Assembly: GCF_013315695.1 (NCBI RefSeq)
Contig: NZ_CP054353.1
Direction: 5' to 3' (one strand)
Origin: Escherichia coli
GTDB taxonomy: Bacteria; Pseudomonadota; Gammaproteobacteria; Enterobacterales; Enterobacteriaceae
DNA: 64,000 nucleotides
Shown: positions 9,931 to 22,071 of the stretch, in pieces
How positions within the stretch are numbered: position 1 is the stretch's first letter
Layout: every line of letters starts with the position of its first letter
Notes under the pieces: model-generated
Seen by the model: only the letters and a program-made list of their open reading frames with translations
Told to the model about the DNA's origin: nothing
Database searches by the model: none
Position numbers and translations under genes: made by a program

Positions 9931-10931
9931 GCGCCACCTCGCGTTTTACGTCGCACGAGGAAGATCAGCACCGGTGCGCCAATAAAGGCACTGACTACAG
10001 AAACGCGTAACTCGCCGGGCACAATCACCCGCCCGATGATATCGGCAAACAGCAGCAGGGCAGGGGTGGCAAGTAGCGTGACGGGCAGCGACCAGCGATG
10101 ATCGGCACCTACCAGCCAGCGCGCCATATGCGGCATCATCAGGCCAATAAAGGCAATCGGGCCAACTACCGCCGTCGCACTACCACAAAGCACGGTAATC
10201 GCCAGCAGACCAATCAACTGTGTGCGCGCCACGCGGCTGCCCAGCGCCGTCGCGGTGTCACTGCCGAGGCTTAAACTGTTCAGCGCGCGGCTCAGTAATA
10301 GCGCGGTTGCTCCGGCGATCAGCACCGGGATCAGCACAACTTTTAAGGTATATAGATTGCGAATATCCAGCGAACCGGCTTGCCAGAAACGCAGTTGATC
10401 GTAGACGTCAGGATTAAGCAGGGCGATGCCGCTGGTCAGCCCTTCCAGCACCGCCGCCAGCGCCACGCCCGCCAGGGTTAAACGCACCGGACTTAACTGC
10501 CCGCCGCCCTGGCTGCCGGTAAAGGCAACAATCAACGAGGCCACCAGCGCCCCGGCGAAGGCCATCGCCAGTTGTTCCTGCGCGGATGAGTATCCAAACA
10601 GCGCCGCACCCAGCACAATGGCAAAGCTGGCTCCGGCGTTTACGCCAAGCAAGCCGGGGTCGGCAAGTGGGTTTCGGGTGAGGGTTTGCATCAACGCCCC
10701 GGCAAGGCCAAGCGCACCGCCGGCCAGTAAACCGGCAAGGGTGCGCGGCAGTCGTGCGTCGAGCACGATGGTGCAGTCGGCGCTCTGGCAGGTGCCGGAG
10801 AGGGCCTCCAGCACTACGGAAGCGGGGAGTGATTTTGCTCCAATGAGCAGGCTTAATGCCGTCGCGATAATCAGTAATAACAGCAATCCGGGCACGGCAA
10901 TGGCGCGTGTCACGGCAACAGAACCAGACAT
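9927..10931 (-). CDS. fepD: Ferric enterobactin ABC transporter permease FepD
   Basis: Membrane ORF; start chosen at MSGSVAVTRAIAVPG (334 aa). An alternative ATG lies 12 nt upstream at 10943. Confidence 0.9.
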   Translation of the reverse strand: MSGSVAVTRAIAVPGLLLLLIIATALSLLIGAKSLPASVVLEALSGTCQSADCTIVLDARLPRTLAGLLAGGALGLAGALMQTLTRNPLADPGLLGVNAGASFAIVLGAALFGYSSAQEQLAMAFAGALVASLIVAFTGSQGGGQLSPVRLTLAGVALAAVLEGLTSGIALLNPDVYDQLRFWQAGSLDIRNLYTLKVVLIPVLIAGATALLLSRALNSLSLGSDTATALGSRVARTQLIGLLAITVLCGSATAVVGPIAFIGLMMPHMARWLVGADHRWSLPVTLLATPALLLFADIIGRVIVPGELRVSVVSAFIGAPVLIFLVRRKTRGGA

Positions 10932-10943
10932 ACGAACTTCCAT

Positions 10944-10968
10944 GATAATGAAATTAATTATCGTTATC
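10944..10968. promoter_or_regulatory. Fur box in the fepD/entS divergent promoter
   Basis: gataatgaaattaattatcgttatc lies directly upstream of the fepD start and matches the Fur consensus well. Confidence 0.65.
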
Positions 10969-11041
10969 GATCTTATTTGGATATGTTAGCATGTGCAGCC
11001 TAAGAATAGGTATTTAAAATATTTGATGGCAAGGCATTGTA

Positions 11042-12292
11042 ATGAATAAACAATCCTGGCTGCTTAACCTCAGCCTGTTGAAAACGCACCCGGCGTTTCG
11101 CGCAGTATTCCTCGCTCGTTTTATCTCAATTGTTTCTCTGGGTTTGCTCGGCGTCGCGGTGCCGGTGCAGATCCAGATGATGACGCATTCTACCTGGCAG
11201 GTGGGGCTTTCGGTGACGCTGACCGGCGGCGCGATGTTTGTTGGCCTGATGGTCGGCGGTATGCTGGCGGATCGCTATGAGCGTAAAAAAGTGATTTTGC
11301 TGGCGCGCGGCACCTGTGGCATTGGCTTCATTGGACTGTGCCTGAACGCGCTGCTGCCGGAGCCGTCATTGCTGGCAATCTATTTACTTGGTTTATGGGA
11401 TGGTTTTTTCGCATCACTTGGCGTTACGGCGCTACTGGCGGCGACACCTGCACTGGTAGGGCGTGAAAACCTAATGCAGGCCGGGGCGATCACCATGTTG
11501 ACTGTGCGTCTGGGATCGGTGATTTCGCCCATGATTGGCGGTTTACTGCTGGCGACCGGAGGCGTAGCTTGGAACTACGGGCTGGCGGCGGCGGGCACGT
11601 TTATTACCTTGCTACCGTTGTTAAGCCTTCCGGCGTTGCCACCACCGCCGCAGCCGCGTGAGCATCCGTTGAAATCATTACTGGCAGGATTTCGTTTTCT
11701 ACTCGCCAGCCCGCTGGTGGGAGGGATTGCGTTGCTGGGTGGTTTATTGACGATGGCGAGCGCGGTGCGGGTCCTGTATCCGGCGCTGGCTGACAACTGG
11801 CAGATGTCGGCGGCACAGATTGGTTTTCTCTATGCGGCGATTCCGCTCGGCGCGGCTATTGGCGCGTTAACCAGCGGGAAGCTGGCACATAGTGCGCGAC
11901 CAGGGTTATTGATGCTGCTCTCCACGCTGGGATCGTTCCTTGCCATTGGTCTGTTTGGCCTGATGCCGATGTGGATTTTAGGCGTGGTTTGCCTGGCGCT
12001 GTTCGGTTGGTTGAGCGCGGTTAGTTCGTTGCTGCAATATACAATGCTGCAAACGCAAACCCCGGAAGCGATGTTAGGGCGGATTAACGGTTTGTGGACG
12101 GCGCAAAACGTGACGGGCGATGCCATAGGCGCAGCGCTGCTGGGCGGTTTGGGCGCGATGATGACACCGGTTGCTTCCGCAAGCGCGAGCGGTTTTGGTT
12201 TGTTGATTATCGGCGTGTTGTTATTGCTGGTGCTGGTGGAGTTGCGACGTTTTCGCCAGACGCCGCCGCAGATGACAGCGTCCGACAGTTAA
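11042..12292 (+). CDS. entS: Enterobactin exporter EntS (MFS transporter)
   Basis: 416-aa [33 protein letters not shown]..., multi-pass membrane protein. Confidence 0.92.
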   Translation: MNKQSWLLNLSLLKTHPAFRAVFLARFISIVSLGLLGVAVPVQIQMMTHSTWQVGLSVTLTGGAMFVGLMVGGMLADRYERKKVILLARGTCGIGFIGLCLNALLPEPSLLAIYLLGLWDGFFASLGVTALLAATPALVGRENLMQAGAITMLTVRLGSVISPMIGGLLLATGGVAWNYGLAAAGTFITLLPLLSLPALPPPPQPREHPLKSLLAGFRFLLASPLVGGIALLGGLLTMASAVRVLYPALADNWQMSAAQIGFLYAAIPLGAAIGALTSGKLAHSARPGLLMLLSTLGSFLAIGLFGLMPMWILGVVCLALFGWLSAVSSLLQYTMLQTQTPEAMLGRINGLWTAQNVTGDAIGAALLGGLGAMMTPVASASASGFGLLIIGVLLLLVLVELRRFRQTPPQMTASDS

Positions 12293-12295
12293 TGC

Positions 12296-13252
12296 TTAAA
12301 ACAGCGCCTTAAGTCGTTCCAGCACTTGCATGGCGCTGTAGTAATCCAGGCGGAACGTCTCGGTTCCCAGCGCATAAACCTGCTTGTTTTGTACTGCAGG
12401 CAGGTGCGCGAGCAGTGGATTGGCATAAATCGCATCGGCATCTTTCTGATCACCAGCGAACAGGAATAGTGAATCGCCATTTAACCCTGCAGCCAGATTT
12501 TCTCCACCAAGCTGAATGATGTCATGGCGTTTGCCTTGGCTTTGGCTGGCGTTTAACCCTGCGGGCAATTTCGCCAACGTAAAGCCGAGTTGTTCCAGCA
12601 TCTGCCCTTGTGCTGATTCCGGCGTCCAGAGATTGGCACTGTGTGCAGCGGCGGTATAGACAATGGCAGTGACCGGCTGCGGCGGTAATTTGATTTGCTC
12701 TTTCGCCGCCGCCAGTTGCTTATCAAACTGTGCAATCCGCTCTGCCGCTTGTTTCTCATGCCCGGTAATTTCGCCAAGCTGCGTTAACAGCGACTGCCAG
12801 CTTTTGTCGTCGTAATTGATGATTAATGTTGGGGCGATGGTAGAAAGCTGATCGTACAGCGCCAGCGCCGAATCCCCGCCGGTTGCGCTAATTAAAATCA
12901 GATCCGGCATTTGCGCGGCAACGGCTTCGGCGCTCGGTTCGCCGATATAGATCCGTTGCAGTTTGCGTTCTTTCGCCACCTTGCTCCACTGGCGTAAAAA
13001 GCCCTGGTCATCCGCGACGCGGTTATTTGGCGTGGTCGCGCCGCTGGCGATCACCGGAGCATCAATCGCCAGCAGTGAGCCGGTCAGGGTGACGCTGGTG
13101 GAAACTATACGCTGCGGCTGGCTTTCCAGGGTATGAGTGCCCCGGCTGTCAGTAATCTGACGCGGCCAGTCGGCGGCCTGAACTGCGACTATTCCTGAAA
13201 GCAAAAGTCCTGTTAATAGAAGGGCGTTGCGGTAGAGCGGGGCGAGTCTCAC
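12296..13252 (-). CDS. fepB: Ferric enterobactin periplasmic binding protein FepB
   Basis: 318-aa ORF with GTG start ([20 protein letters not shown]...), signal peptide. Confidence 0.9.
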   Translation of the reverse strand: MRLAPLYRNALLLTGLLLSGIVAVQAADWPRQITDSRGTHTLESQPQRIVSTSVTLTGSLLAIDAPVIASGATTPNNRVADDQGFLRQWSKVAKERKLQRIYIGEPSAEAVAAQMPDLILISATGGDSALALYDQLSTIAPTLIINYDDKSWQSLLTQLGEITGHEKQAAERIAQFDKQLAAAKEQIKLPPQPVTAIVYTAAAHSANLWTPESAQGQMLEQLGFTLAKLPAGLNASQSQGKRHDIIQLGGENLAAGLNGDSLFLFAGDQKDADAIYANPLLAHLPAVQNKQVYALGTETFRLDYYSAMQVLERLKALF

Positions 13253-13392
13253 AAATTAGCTTCCTGTTATTAATAGAGTTAATGCTTCTCATTTTCATTG
13301 TAACCACAAACAGATGCAACCCCGAGTTGCAGATTGCGTTACCTCAAGAGTTGACATAGTGCGCGTTTGCTTTTAGGTTAGCGACCGAAAAT

Positions 13393-13411
13393 ATAAATGA
13401 TAATCATTATT
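13393..13411. promoter_or_regulatory. Fur box in the fepB/entC divergent promoter
   Basis: ataaatgataatcattatt is a near-perfect match to GATAATGATAATCATTATC, about 30 nt upstream of the entC ATG. Confidence 0.75.
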
Positions 13412-13440
13412 AAAGCCTTTATCATTTTGTGGAGGATGAT

Positions 13441-14616
13441 ATGGATACGTCACTGGCTGAGGAAGTACAGCAGACCATGGCAACACTTGCGCCCAATCGC
13501 TTTTTCTTTATGTCGCCGTACCGCAGTTTTACGACGTCAGGATGTTTCGCCCGCTTCGATGAACCGGCTGTGAACGGGGATTCGCCCGACAGTCCCTTCC
13601 AGCAAAAACTCGCCGCGTTGTTTGCCGATGCCAAAGCGCAGGGCATCAAAAATCCGGTGATGGTCGGGGCGATTCCCTTCGATCCACGTCAGCCTTCGTC
13701 GCTGTATATTCCCGAATCCTGGCAGTCGTTCTCCCGTCAGGAAAAACAAGCTTCCGCACGCCGTTTCACCCGCAGCCAGTCGCTGAACGTGGTGGAACGT
13801 CAGGCAATTCCGGAACAAGCCACGTTTGAACAGATGGTTGCCCGCGCCGCCGCACTTACCGCCACGCCGCAGGTCGACAAAGTGGTGTTGTCACGGTTGA
13901 TTGATATCACCACTGACGCCGCCATTGATAGTGGCGTATTGCTGGAACGGTTGATTGCACAAAACCCGGTTAGTTACAACTTCCATGTCCCGCTGGCTGA
14001 TGGTGGCGTTCTGCTGGGGGCCAGCCCGGAGCTGCTGCTACGTAAAGACGGCGAGCGTTTTAGCTCCATTCCGTTAGCCGGTTCCGCGCGTCGTCAGCCG
14101 GATGAAGTGCTCGATCGCGAAGCGGGTAATCGTCTGTTGGCCTCAGAAAAAGATCGTCATGAACATGAGTTGGTGACTCAGGCGATGAAAGAGGTACTGC
14201 GAGAACGCAGCAGTGAGTTAAACGTTCCTTCCTCTCCACAATTGATTACCACGCCGACGCTGTGGCATCTCGCAACTCCCTTTGAAGGTAAAGCGAATTC
14301 GCAAGAAAACGCACTGACTCTGGCCTGTCTGCTGCATCCGACCCCCGCGCTGAGCGGTTTCCCGCATCAGGCCGCGACCCAGGTTATTGCTGAACTGGAG
14401 CAGTTCGACCGCGAACTGTTTGGCGGCATTGTGGGTTGGTGTGACAGCGAAGGTAACGGCGAATGGGTTGTGACCATCCGCTGCGCGAAGCTGCGGGAAA
14501 ATCAGGTGCGTCTGTTTGCCGGAGCGGGGATTGTGCCTGCGTCGTCACCGTTGGGTGAGTGGCGCGAAACGGGCGTCAAACTTTCTACCATGTTGAACGT
14601 TTTTGGATTGCATTAA
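13441..14616 (+). CDS. entC: Isochorismate synthase EntC
   Basis: MDTSLAEEVQQTMATLAPNRFFFMSPYRSF..., 391 aa. Confidence 0.93.
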   Translation: MDTSLAEEVQQTMATLAPNRFFFMSPYRSFTTSGCFARFDEPAVNGDSPDSPFQQKLAALFADAKAQGIKNPVMVGAIPFDPRQPSSLYIPESWQSFSRQEKQASARRFTRSQSLNVVERQAIPEQATFEQMVARAAALTATPQVDKVVLSRLIDITTDAAIDSGVLLERLIAQNPVSYNFHVPLADGGVLLGASPELLLRKDGERFSSIPLAGSARRQPDEVLDREAGNRLLASEKDRHEHELVTQAMKEVLRERSSELNVPSSPQLITTPTLWHLATPFEGKANSQENALTLACLLHPTPALSGFPHQAATQVIAELEQFDRELFGGIVGWCDSEGNGEWVVTIRCAKLRENQVRLFAGAGIVPASSPLGEWRETGVKLSTMLNVFGLH

Positions 14617-14625
14617 GGAGTGAGG

Positions 14626-16236
14626 ATGAGCATTCCATTCACCCGCTGGCCGGAAGAGTTTGCCTGTCGCTATCGGGAAAAAGGCTACTGGCAGGATTTG
14701 CCGCTGACCGACATTCTGACGCGACATGCTGCGAGTGACAGCATCGCGGTTATCGACGGCGAGCGGCAGTTGAGTTACCGGGAGCTGAATCAGGCGGCGG
14801 ATAACCTCGCGTGTAGTTTGCGCCGTCAGGGCATTAAACCTGGTGAAACCGCGCTGGTACAGCTGGGTAACGTCGCTGAATTGTATATTACCTTTTTCGC
14901 GCTGCTGAAACTGGGCGTTGCGCCGGTGCTGGCGCTGTTCAGCCATCAGCGTAGTGAACTGAACGCCTACGCCAGCCAGATTGAACCGGCGTTACTGATT
15001 GCCGATCGCCAACATGCGCTGTTTAGCGGGGATGATTTCCTCAACACATTTGTTGCAGAGCATTCTTCCATTCGCGTGGTGCAGCTGCTCAACGACAGCG
15101 GTGAGCATAACTTGCAGGATGCGATTAACCATCCGGCAGAGGGTTTTACTGCCACGCCATCACCTGCTGATGAAGTGGCCTATTTCCAGCTTTCCGGCGG
15201 CACCACCGGCACACCGAAACTGATCCCGCGCACTCATAACGACTACTACTACAGCGTGCGTCGTAGCGTCGAGATTTGTCAGTTCACACAACAGACACGC
15301 TACCTGTGCGCGATCCCGGCGGCTCATAACTACGCCATGAGTTCACCGGGATCGTTGGGGGTATTTCTCGCTGGCGGCACTGTCGTTCTGGCGGCCGACC
15401 CCAGCGCCACGCTTTGCTTCCCATTGATTGAAAAACATCAGGTGAACGTCACCGCGCTGGTGCCGCCAGCAGTCAGCCTGTGGTTGCAGGCACTGGCTGA
15501 AGGCGAAAGCCGGGCGCAGCTTGCCTCGCTGAAACTGTTACAGGTTGGCGGCGCCCGTCTTTCTGCCACCCTTGCGGCGCGTATTCCCGCTGAGATTGGC
15601 TGTCAGTTGCAGCAGGTGTTTGGCATGGCGGAAGGGCTGGTGAACTACACCCGTCTTGATGATAGTGCGGAGAAAATTATCCATACCCAGGGTTACCCAA
15701 TGTGCCCGGACGATGAAGTATGGGTTGCCGATGCCGAAGGAAATCCACTGCCGCAAGGGGAAGTTGGACGCCTGATGACGCGCGGGCCGTACACCTTCCG
15801 TGGCTATTACAAAAGCCCGCAGCACAATGCCAGCGCCTTTGATGCCAACGGTTTTTACTGTTCCGGCGATCTGATCTCTATTGATCCAGAGGGTTACATC
15901 ACCGTGCAGGGGCGCGAGAAAGATCAGATCAACCGTGGCGGCGAGAAGATCGCTGCCGAAGAGATCGAAAACCTGCTGCTGCGCCATCCGGCGGTGATCT
16001 ACGCCGCACTGGTGAGCATGGAAGATGAGCTGATGGGCGAAAAAAGCTGTGCTTATCTGGTGGTAAAAGAGCCGCTGCGCGCGGTGCAGGTGCGTCGTTT
16101 CCTGCGTGAACAGGGTATTGCCGAATTTAAATTACCGGATCGCGTGGAGTGTGTGGATTCACTTCCGCTGACGGCGGTCGGGAAAGTCGATAAAAAACAA
16201 TTACGTCAGTGGCTGGCGTCACGCACATCAGCCTGA
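14626..16236 (+). CDS. entE: 2,3-dihydroxybenzoate-AMP ligase EntE
   Basis: [12 protein letters not shown]... with RBS aaggag 6-11 nt upstream; adenylation motifs SGGTTGTPK and YRTGD-like. Confidence 0.93.
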   Translation: MSIPFTRWPEEFACRYREKGYWQDLPLTDILTRHAASDSIAVIDGERQLSYRELNQAADNLACSLRRQGIKPGETALVQLGNVAELYITFFALLKLGVAPVLALFSHQRSELNAYASQIEPALLIADRQHALFSGDDFLNTFVAEHSSIRVVQLLNDSGEHNLQDAINHPAEGFTATPSPADEVAYFQLSGGTTGTPKLIPRTHNDYYYSVRRSVEICQFTQQTRYLCAIPAAHNYAMSSPGSLGVFLAGGTVVLAADPSATLCFPLIEKHQVNVTALVPPAVSLWLQALAEGESRAQLASLKLLQVGGARLSATLAARIPAEIGCQLQQVFGMAEGLVNYTRLDDSAEKIIHTQGYPMCPDDEVWVADAEGNPLPQGEVGRLMTRGPYTFRGYYKSPQHNASAFDANGFYCSGDLISIDPEGYITVQGREKDQINRGGEKIAAEEIENLLLRHPAVIYAALVSMEDELMGEKSCAYLVVKEPLRAVQVRRFLREQGIAEFKLPDRVECVDSLPLTAVGKVDKKQLRQWLASRTSA

Positions 16237-16249
16237 AGGAGAGAACACG

Positions 16250-17106
16250 ATGGCTATTCCAAAATTACAGGCTTACGCACTGCCGGAGTCTCACGATATT
16301 CCGCACAATAAAGTCGACTGGGCCTTTGAACCGCAACGTGCCGCGTTGTTAATCCATGATATGCAGGACTATTTTGTCAGCTTCTGGGGTGAGAACTGCC
16401 CGATGATGGAGCAGGTGATCGCGAATATTGCGGCACTACGCGACTACTGCAAACAGCACAATATCCCGGTTTATTACACCGCCCAGCCGAAAGAGCAGAG
16501 CGATGAAGATCGGGCGCTGTTGAATGATATGTGGGGGCCTGGCCTGACCCGTTCGCCGGAACAGCAAAAGGTGGTGGATCGCCTGACGCCAGATGCCGAC
16601 GACACGGTGCTGGTGAAGTGGCGCTACAGCGCGTTTCATCGTTCCCCGCTGGAGCAAATGCTCAAAGAGAGTGGACGTAACCAGCTGATTATTACCGGGG
16701 TATATGCCCACATTGGCTGTATGACCACCGCAACGGACGCATTTATGCGCGATATTAAACCGTTTATGGTGGCGGATGCGCTGGCCGATTTCAGCCGTGA
16801 CGAGCATTTGATGTCGCTGAAATATGTGGCCGGACGTTCTGGTCGGGTGGTGATGACCGAAGAATTGCTGCCAGCACCTATCCCCGCCAGCAAAGCGGCG
16901 CTGCGTGAGGTGATCCTGCCGTTGCTGGACGAGTCCGATGAACCGTTCGATGACGACAACCTGATCGACTACGGTCTGGATTCGGTGCGCATGATGGCGC
17001 TGGCGGCGCGCTGGCGCAAAGTGCATGGCGATATCGACTTTGTCATGCTGGCGAAAAACCCGACCATCGACGCCTGGTGGAAGCTACTCTCCCGCGAGGT
17101 GAAATA

Positions 17107-17107
<1 letters not shown>
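16250..17107 (+). CDS. entB: Isochorismatase / aryl carrier protein EntB
   Basis: 285-aa ORF MAIPKLQAYALPESHDIPHNKVDWAF... Confidence 0.93.
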
Positions 17108-18269
<1,162 letters not shown>

Positions 18270-18449
18270 ACCCGACAGAATAAAATGAGATTGCAGGAAA
18301 ATTCGGTTAACGGAGTGATCGAGTTAACGTTGTTAAGTTAAATATTGGTTTTAACTCTGATTTACATGGTTGCTGTGTTGTTAAATTGTACAAAGATGTT
18401 ATAGAAACAAAATGTAACATCTCTATGGACACGCACACGGATAACAACT
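18270..18449 (+). promoter_or_regulatory. cstA promoter and leader; exact CRP and CsrA sites not resolved
   Basis: Intergenic AT-rich region upstream of cstA. Regulation by cAMP-CRP and translational repression by CsrA are established for cstA; GGA motifs occur near the start codon. Confidence 0.4.
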
Positions 18450-20555
18450 ATGAACAAATCAGGGAAATACCTCGTCTGGACAGTGCTCTCTGTAATGGGA
18501 GCATTTGCTCTGGGATATATTGCTTTAAATCGTGGGGAACAGATCAACGCGCTGTGGATTGTGGTGGCGTCGGTCTGTATCTATCTGATCGCTTACCGTT
18601 TTTATGGGCTGTATATCGCCAAAAATGTGCTGGCGGTTGACCCGACGCGTATGACGCCCGCGGTGCGCCATAACGACGGGCTGGACTATGTGCCGACGGA
18701 CAAAAAAGTGCTGTTCGGTCACCATTTTGCGGCCATTGCCGGAGCAGGTCCGTTGGTTGGGCCGGTACTGGCGGCGCAAATGGGCTACCTGCCGGGGATG
18801 ATCTGGCTGCTTGCCGGGGTGGTTCTCGCCGGTGCGGTGCAGGATTTCATGGTGCTGTTTGTTTCTACGCGCCGTGACGGTCGCTCGCTGGGTGAGCTGG
18901 TCAAAGAAGAGATGGGGCCAACCGCCGGGGTGATAGCGCTGGTGGCCTGCTTTATGATCATGGTCATTATCCTTGCCGTGCTGGCGATGATCGTGGTGAA
19001 AGCCCTGACTCATAGCCCGTGGGGAACGTATACCGTTGCGTTCACCATTCCGCTGGCTCTGTTTATGGGGATCTACCTGCGCTATTTGCGTCCGGGCCGC
19101 ATTGGGGAAGTGTCGGTGATTGGCCTGGTATTCCTGATTTTCGCCATTATCTCTGGCGGCTGGGTGGCAGAAAGCCCGACCTGGGCACCGTACTTTGACT
19201 TTACCGGCGTGCAGCTGACCTGGATGCTGGTGGGTTACGGTTTTGTGGCGGCGGTGCTGCCGGTGTGGTTGCTGCTGGCCCCGCGCGACTACCTCTCAAC
19301 TTTCCTGAAAATCGGGACTATCGTCGGTCTGGCGGTAGGCATTCTGATTATGCGCCCGACGCTGACCATGCCCGCGCTAACTAAATTTGTCGATGGCACT
19401 GGCCCGGTATGGACCGGTAACCTGTTCCCGTTCCTGTTTATCACCATCGCCTGTGGCGCGGTGTCTGGCTTCCATGCGCTGATCTCTTCCGGCACCACGC
19501 CGAAGATGCTGGCGAACGAAGGGCAGGCGTGTTTTATCGGCTACGGCGGGATGTTAATGGAATCCTTCGTGGCGATTATGGCGCTGGTTTCCGCCTGTAT
19601 CATCGATCCAGGTGTGTACTTCGCTATGAACAGCCCGATGGCAGTGCTGGCTCCGGCAGGGACGGCGGATGTAGTCGCTTCTGCGGCGCAGGTGGTGAGT
19701 AGCTGGGGCTTTGCGATTACCCCGGATACGCTAAATCAGATTGCCAGCGAAGTGGGGGAACAGTCGATCATTTCCCGTGCGGGCGGTGCGCCGACCCTGG
19801 CGGTGGGGATGGCCTACATTCTGCACGGTGCTCTGGGCGGCATGATGGATGTGGCGTTCTGGTATCACTTCGCCATTCTGTTTGAAGCACTGTTTATTCT
19901 GACGGCGGTGGATGCAGGTACGCGTGCTGCGCGCTTTATGTTGCAGGATCTGCTGGGCGTGGTGTCTCCGGGCCTGAAACGGACCGATTCACTGCCTGCT
20001 AACCTGCTGGCAACGGCGCTGTGCGTGCTGGCTTGGGGTTACTTTCTGCATCAGGGCGTGGTCGATCCGCTGGGCGGTATTAACACTCTGTGGCCACTGT
20101 TTGGTATTGCCAACCAGATGCTGGCAGGGATGGCGCTGATGCTTTGTGCTGTGGTGCTGTTCAAAATGAAACGTCAACGTTACGCCTGGGTGGCGCTGGT
20201 ACCAACGGCCTGGCTGCTGATTTGTACCCTGACCGCAGGCTGGCAGAAAGCGTTTAGCCCGGATGCGAAAGTCGGCTTCTTGGCCATTGCTAATAAGTTC
20301 CAGGCAATGATCGACAGCGGCAATATTCCGTCGCAGTATACTGAGTCACAACTGGCGCAACTGGTGTTCAACAACCGTCTTGATGCCGGGTTAACCATCT
20401 TCTTTATGGTGGTCGTGGTGGTTCTGGCGCTGTTCTCGATTAAGACGGCACTGGCGGCATTGAAAGAGCCGAAGCCAACGGCGAAAGAAACGCCGTATGA
20501 GCCAATGCCGGAAAATGTCGAGGAGATCGTGGCGCAGGCAAAAGGCGCGCACTAA
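18450..20555 (+). CDS. cstA: Carbon starvation protein CstA (peptide/pyruvate transporter family)
   Basis: 701-aa polytopic membrane ORF MNKSGKYLVWTVLSVMGAFALGYIALN... Confidence 0.93.
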   Translation: MNKSGKYLVWTVLSVMGAFALGYIALNRGEQINALWIVVASVCIYLIAYRFYGLYIAKNVLAVDPTRMTPAVRHNDGLDYVPTDKKVLFGHHFAAIAGAGPLVGPVLAAQMGYLPGMIWLLAGVVLAGAVQDFMVLFVSTRRDGRSLGELVKEEMGPTAGVIALVACFMIMVIILAVLAMIVVKALTHSPWGTYTVAFTIPLALFMGIYLRYLRPGRIGEVSVIGLVFLIFAIISGGWVAESPTWAPYFDFTGVQLTWMLVGYGFVAAVLPVWLLLAPRDYLSTFLKIGTIVGLAVGILIMRPTLTMPALTKFVDGTGPVWTGNLFPFLFITIACGAVSGFHALISSGTTPKMLANEGQACFIGYGGMLMESFVAIMALVSACIIDPGVYFAMNSPMAVLAPAGTADVVASAAQVVSSWGFAITPDTLNQIASEVGEQSIISRAGGAPTLAVGMAYILHGALGGMMDVAFWYHFAILFEALFILTAVDAGTRAARFMLQDLLGVVSPGLKRTDSLPANLLATALCVLAWGYFLHQGVVDPLGGINTLWPLFGIANQMLAGMALMLCAVVLFKMKRQRYAWVALVPTAWLLICTLTAGWQKAFSPDAKVGFLAIANKFQAMIDSGNIPSQYTESQLAQLVFNNRLDAGLTIFFMVVVVVLALFSIKTALAALKEPKPTAKETPYEPMPENVEEIVAQAKGAH

Positions 20556-20667
20556 AGTCAGAGTGAGGGGGAATGTGCTGAGCGTTCCCCTTACTCTCAG
20601 CCCGAGCATGTTGATAGCAATTAAGCCCTCTTAATTCAGGAGGGCATTTGTATTACCGGAGGTTTAG

Positions 20668-20865
20668 ATGTTTGATTCACTGGCAAAAGCCGGAAAATAT
20701 TTAGGTCAGGCGGCGAAACTGATGATTGGTATGCCTGATTACGACAACTATGTCGAACATATGCGGGTTAACCATCCCGATCAAACGCCGATGACCTACG
20801 AGGAGTTTTTCCGTGAGCGGCAGGACGCGCGCTACGGTGGAAAAGGCGGCGCGCGCTGCTGCTAA
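20668..20865 (+). CDS. ybdD: Small DUF466-family protein YbdD, the conserved partner of cstA
   Basis: 65-aa [61 protein letters not shown]... Confidence 0.85.
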   Translation: MFDSLAKAGKYLGQAAKLMIGMPDYDNYVEHMRVNHPDQTPMTYEEFFRERQDARYGGKGGARCC

Positions 20866-20874
20866 ATTTGTACG

Positions 20875-21963
20875 TCAGGCTTTAAACGATTCCACTTTTT
20901 CGAACGCTGCACGCAACGTATCCGGTGTCAGCGTGACCGGCAGGTAATGAATGGATTCCACCGGACGTAAGGTGTGGGCAATCACTTTGTCGATCTCCGC
21001 CTGATTATTGATATCCACTTCCAGCTCCGCCAGCGTAGTCGGCAGATGAAAACGCTGATACGCCCCGGTTAATTGCGCCAGCACATCATCCTGACCCAGC
21101 AAGGCGCTTTGCACCAGAATTCCGTAGGCGACTTTGGTGCCGTGGAGAAACTTCTCGGTTTGCGGCAGCACGGTCAGACCGTTATGCACGGCATGGGCCG
21201 CCGCCACACGCGTAAAACGATCGCCCAGACCACCGACCATTCCACCTCCGGCGATAATCGCATCCACCACATCGCAAAATGATTGCGTTAACTGGTGATT
21301 TTGCTGATCGCTCAGCGCCTGTTCGCTACTGTTTAACAAGACGTCGCGAATAGCCTGCGCATTATTGATCCCTAGCCGCACGGTTAGCGGCAACGTTTCT
21401 GGTTGCGGGGCCAGCACCACCGCTTCATACCATTTCGCCAGCGTGTCACCGATCCCCGCCAGCAGATATTGTTGCGGCGCGTTGAGGATAATCTCCGGTT
21501 CCACCAGCACCATAAAATTGGCGTCGTCGAAAATCTCATAATGCAGCGCTTGTCCGGCATCGTTGTACCAGACAGAGAGCGGTGTCCAGGCTGCGCAGGT
21601 AGCGGCGATCGTCGGAACGGCAACAAACGGCAGACCGAGACGGCGGGCGAGGGCTTTCGCGGTGTCGAGCAGTGCGCCGCCGCCGACGCCAATCACCACG
21701 CTGCGATCGTCACCGGACTCAGCCGCCAGTTGTTGTACATCGCTTTCGCTGCAATGACCACGAAACAAAATATGCTTTACCCCTGGCAGTTCAAACGCAG
21801 GCGGCAGTTTGGTTTGTGCCGCAGCAATGGCGCGTTCGCCGTAGATCCACACTGCGCGAGAAAGTTGTTCATCAGTGAAAAAATCGTGCAGGTGATTGAA
21901 ACTTCCGGGATGTGAAAAGTAGTTAGCCGGGCCGACGACCACGCGGATAGGATTGTGAGGCAT
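20875..21963 (-). CDS. ybdH: Iron-containing group III alcohol dehydrogenase family protein YbdH (hydroxycarboxylate dehydrogenase)
   Basis: 362-aa ORF MPHNPIRVVVGPANYFSHPGSFNHLHDFF... Confidence 0.88.
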   Translation of the reverse strand: MPHNPIRVVVGPANYFSHPGSFNHLHDFFTDEQLSRAVWIYGERAIAAAQTKLPPAFELPGVKHILFRGHCSESDVQQLAAESGDDRSVVIGVGGGALLDTAKALARRLGLPFVAVPTIAATCAAWTPLSVWYNDAGQALHYEIFDDANFMVLVEPEIILNAPQQYLLAGIGDTLAKWYEAVVLAPQPETLPLTVRLGINNAQAIRDVLLNSSEQALSDQQNHQLTQSFCDVVDAIIAGGGMVGGLGDRFTRVAAAHAVHNGLTVLPQTEKFLHGTKVAYGILVQSALLGQDDVLAQLTGAYQRFHLPTTLAELEVDINNQAEIDKVIAHTLRPVESIHYLPVTLTPDTLRAAFEKVESFKA

Positions 21964-22071
21964 GTTGTGTTGTCCTTATTGTTTTATTTAGACATCTAAA
22001 CGTCTTGATTGCCAAATACTAGCATCGTGTTATAGTGCCTTCAACACGCAACTTCGTCAGGTACAATAAAA

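Noticed and set aside
21989-22002. 12-mer tagacatctaaa shared between the ybdH/ybdL intergenic region and the ybdN start region (about 25050-25062)
   Set aside because: A 12-mer coincidence is expected by chance many times in 64 kb, and the two contexts differ (one overlaps a start codon). No further repeat units were found.
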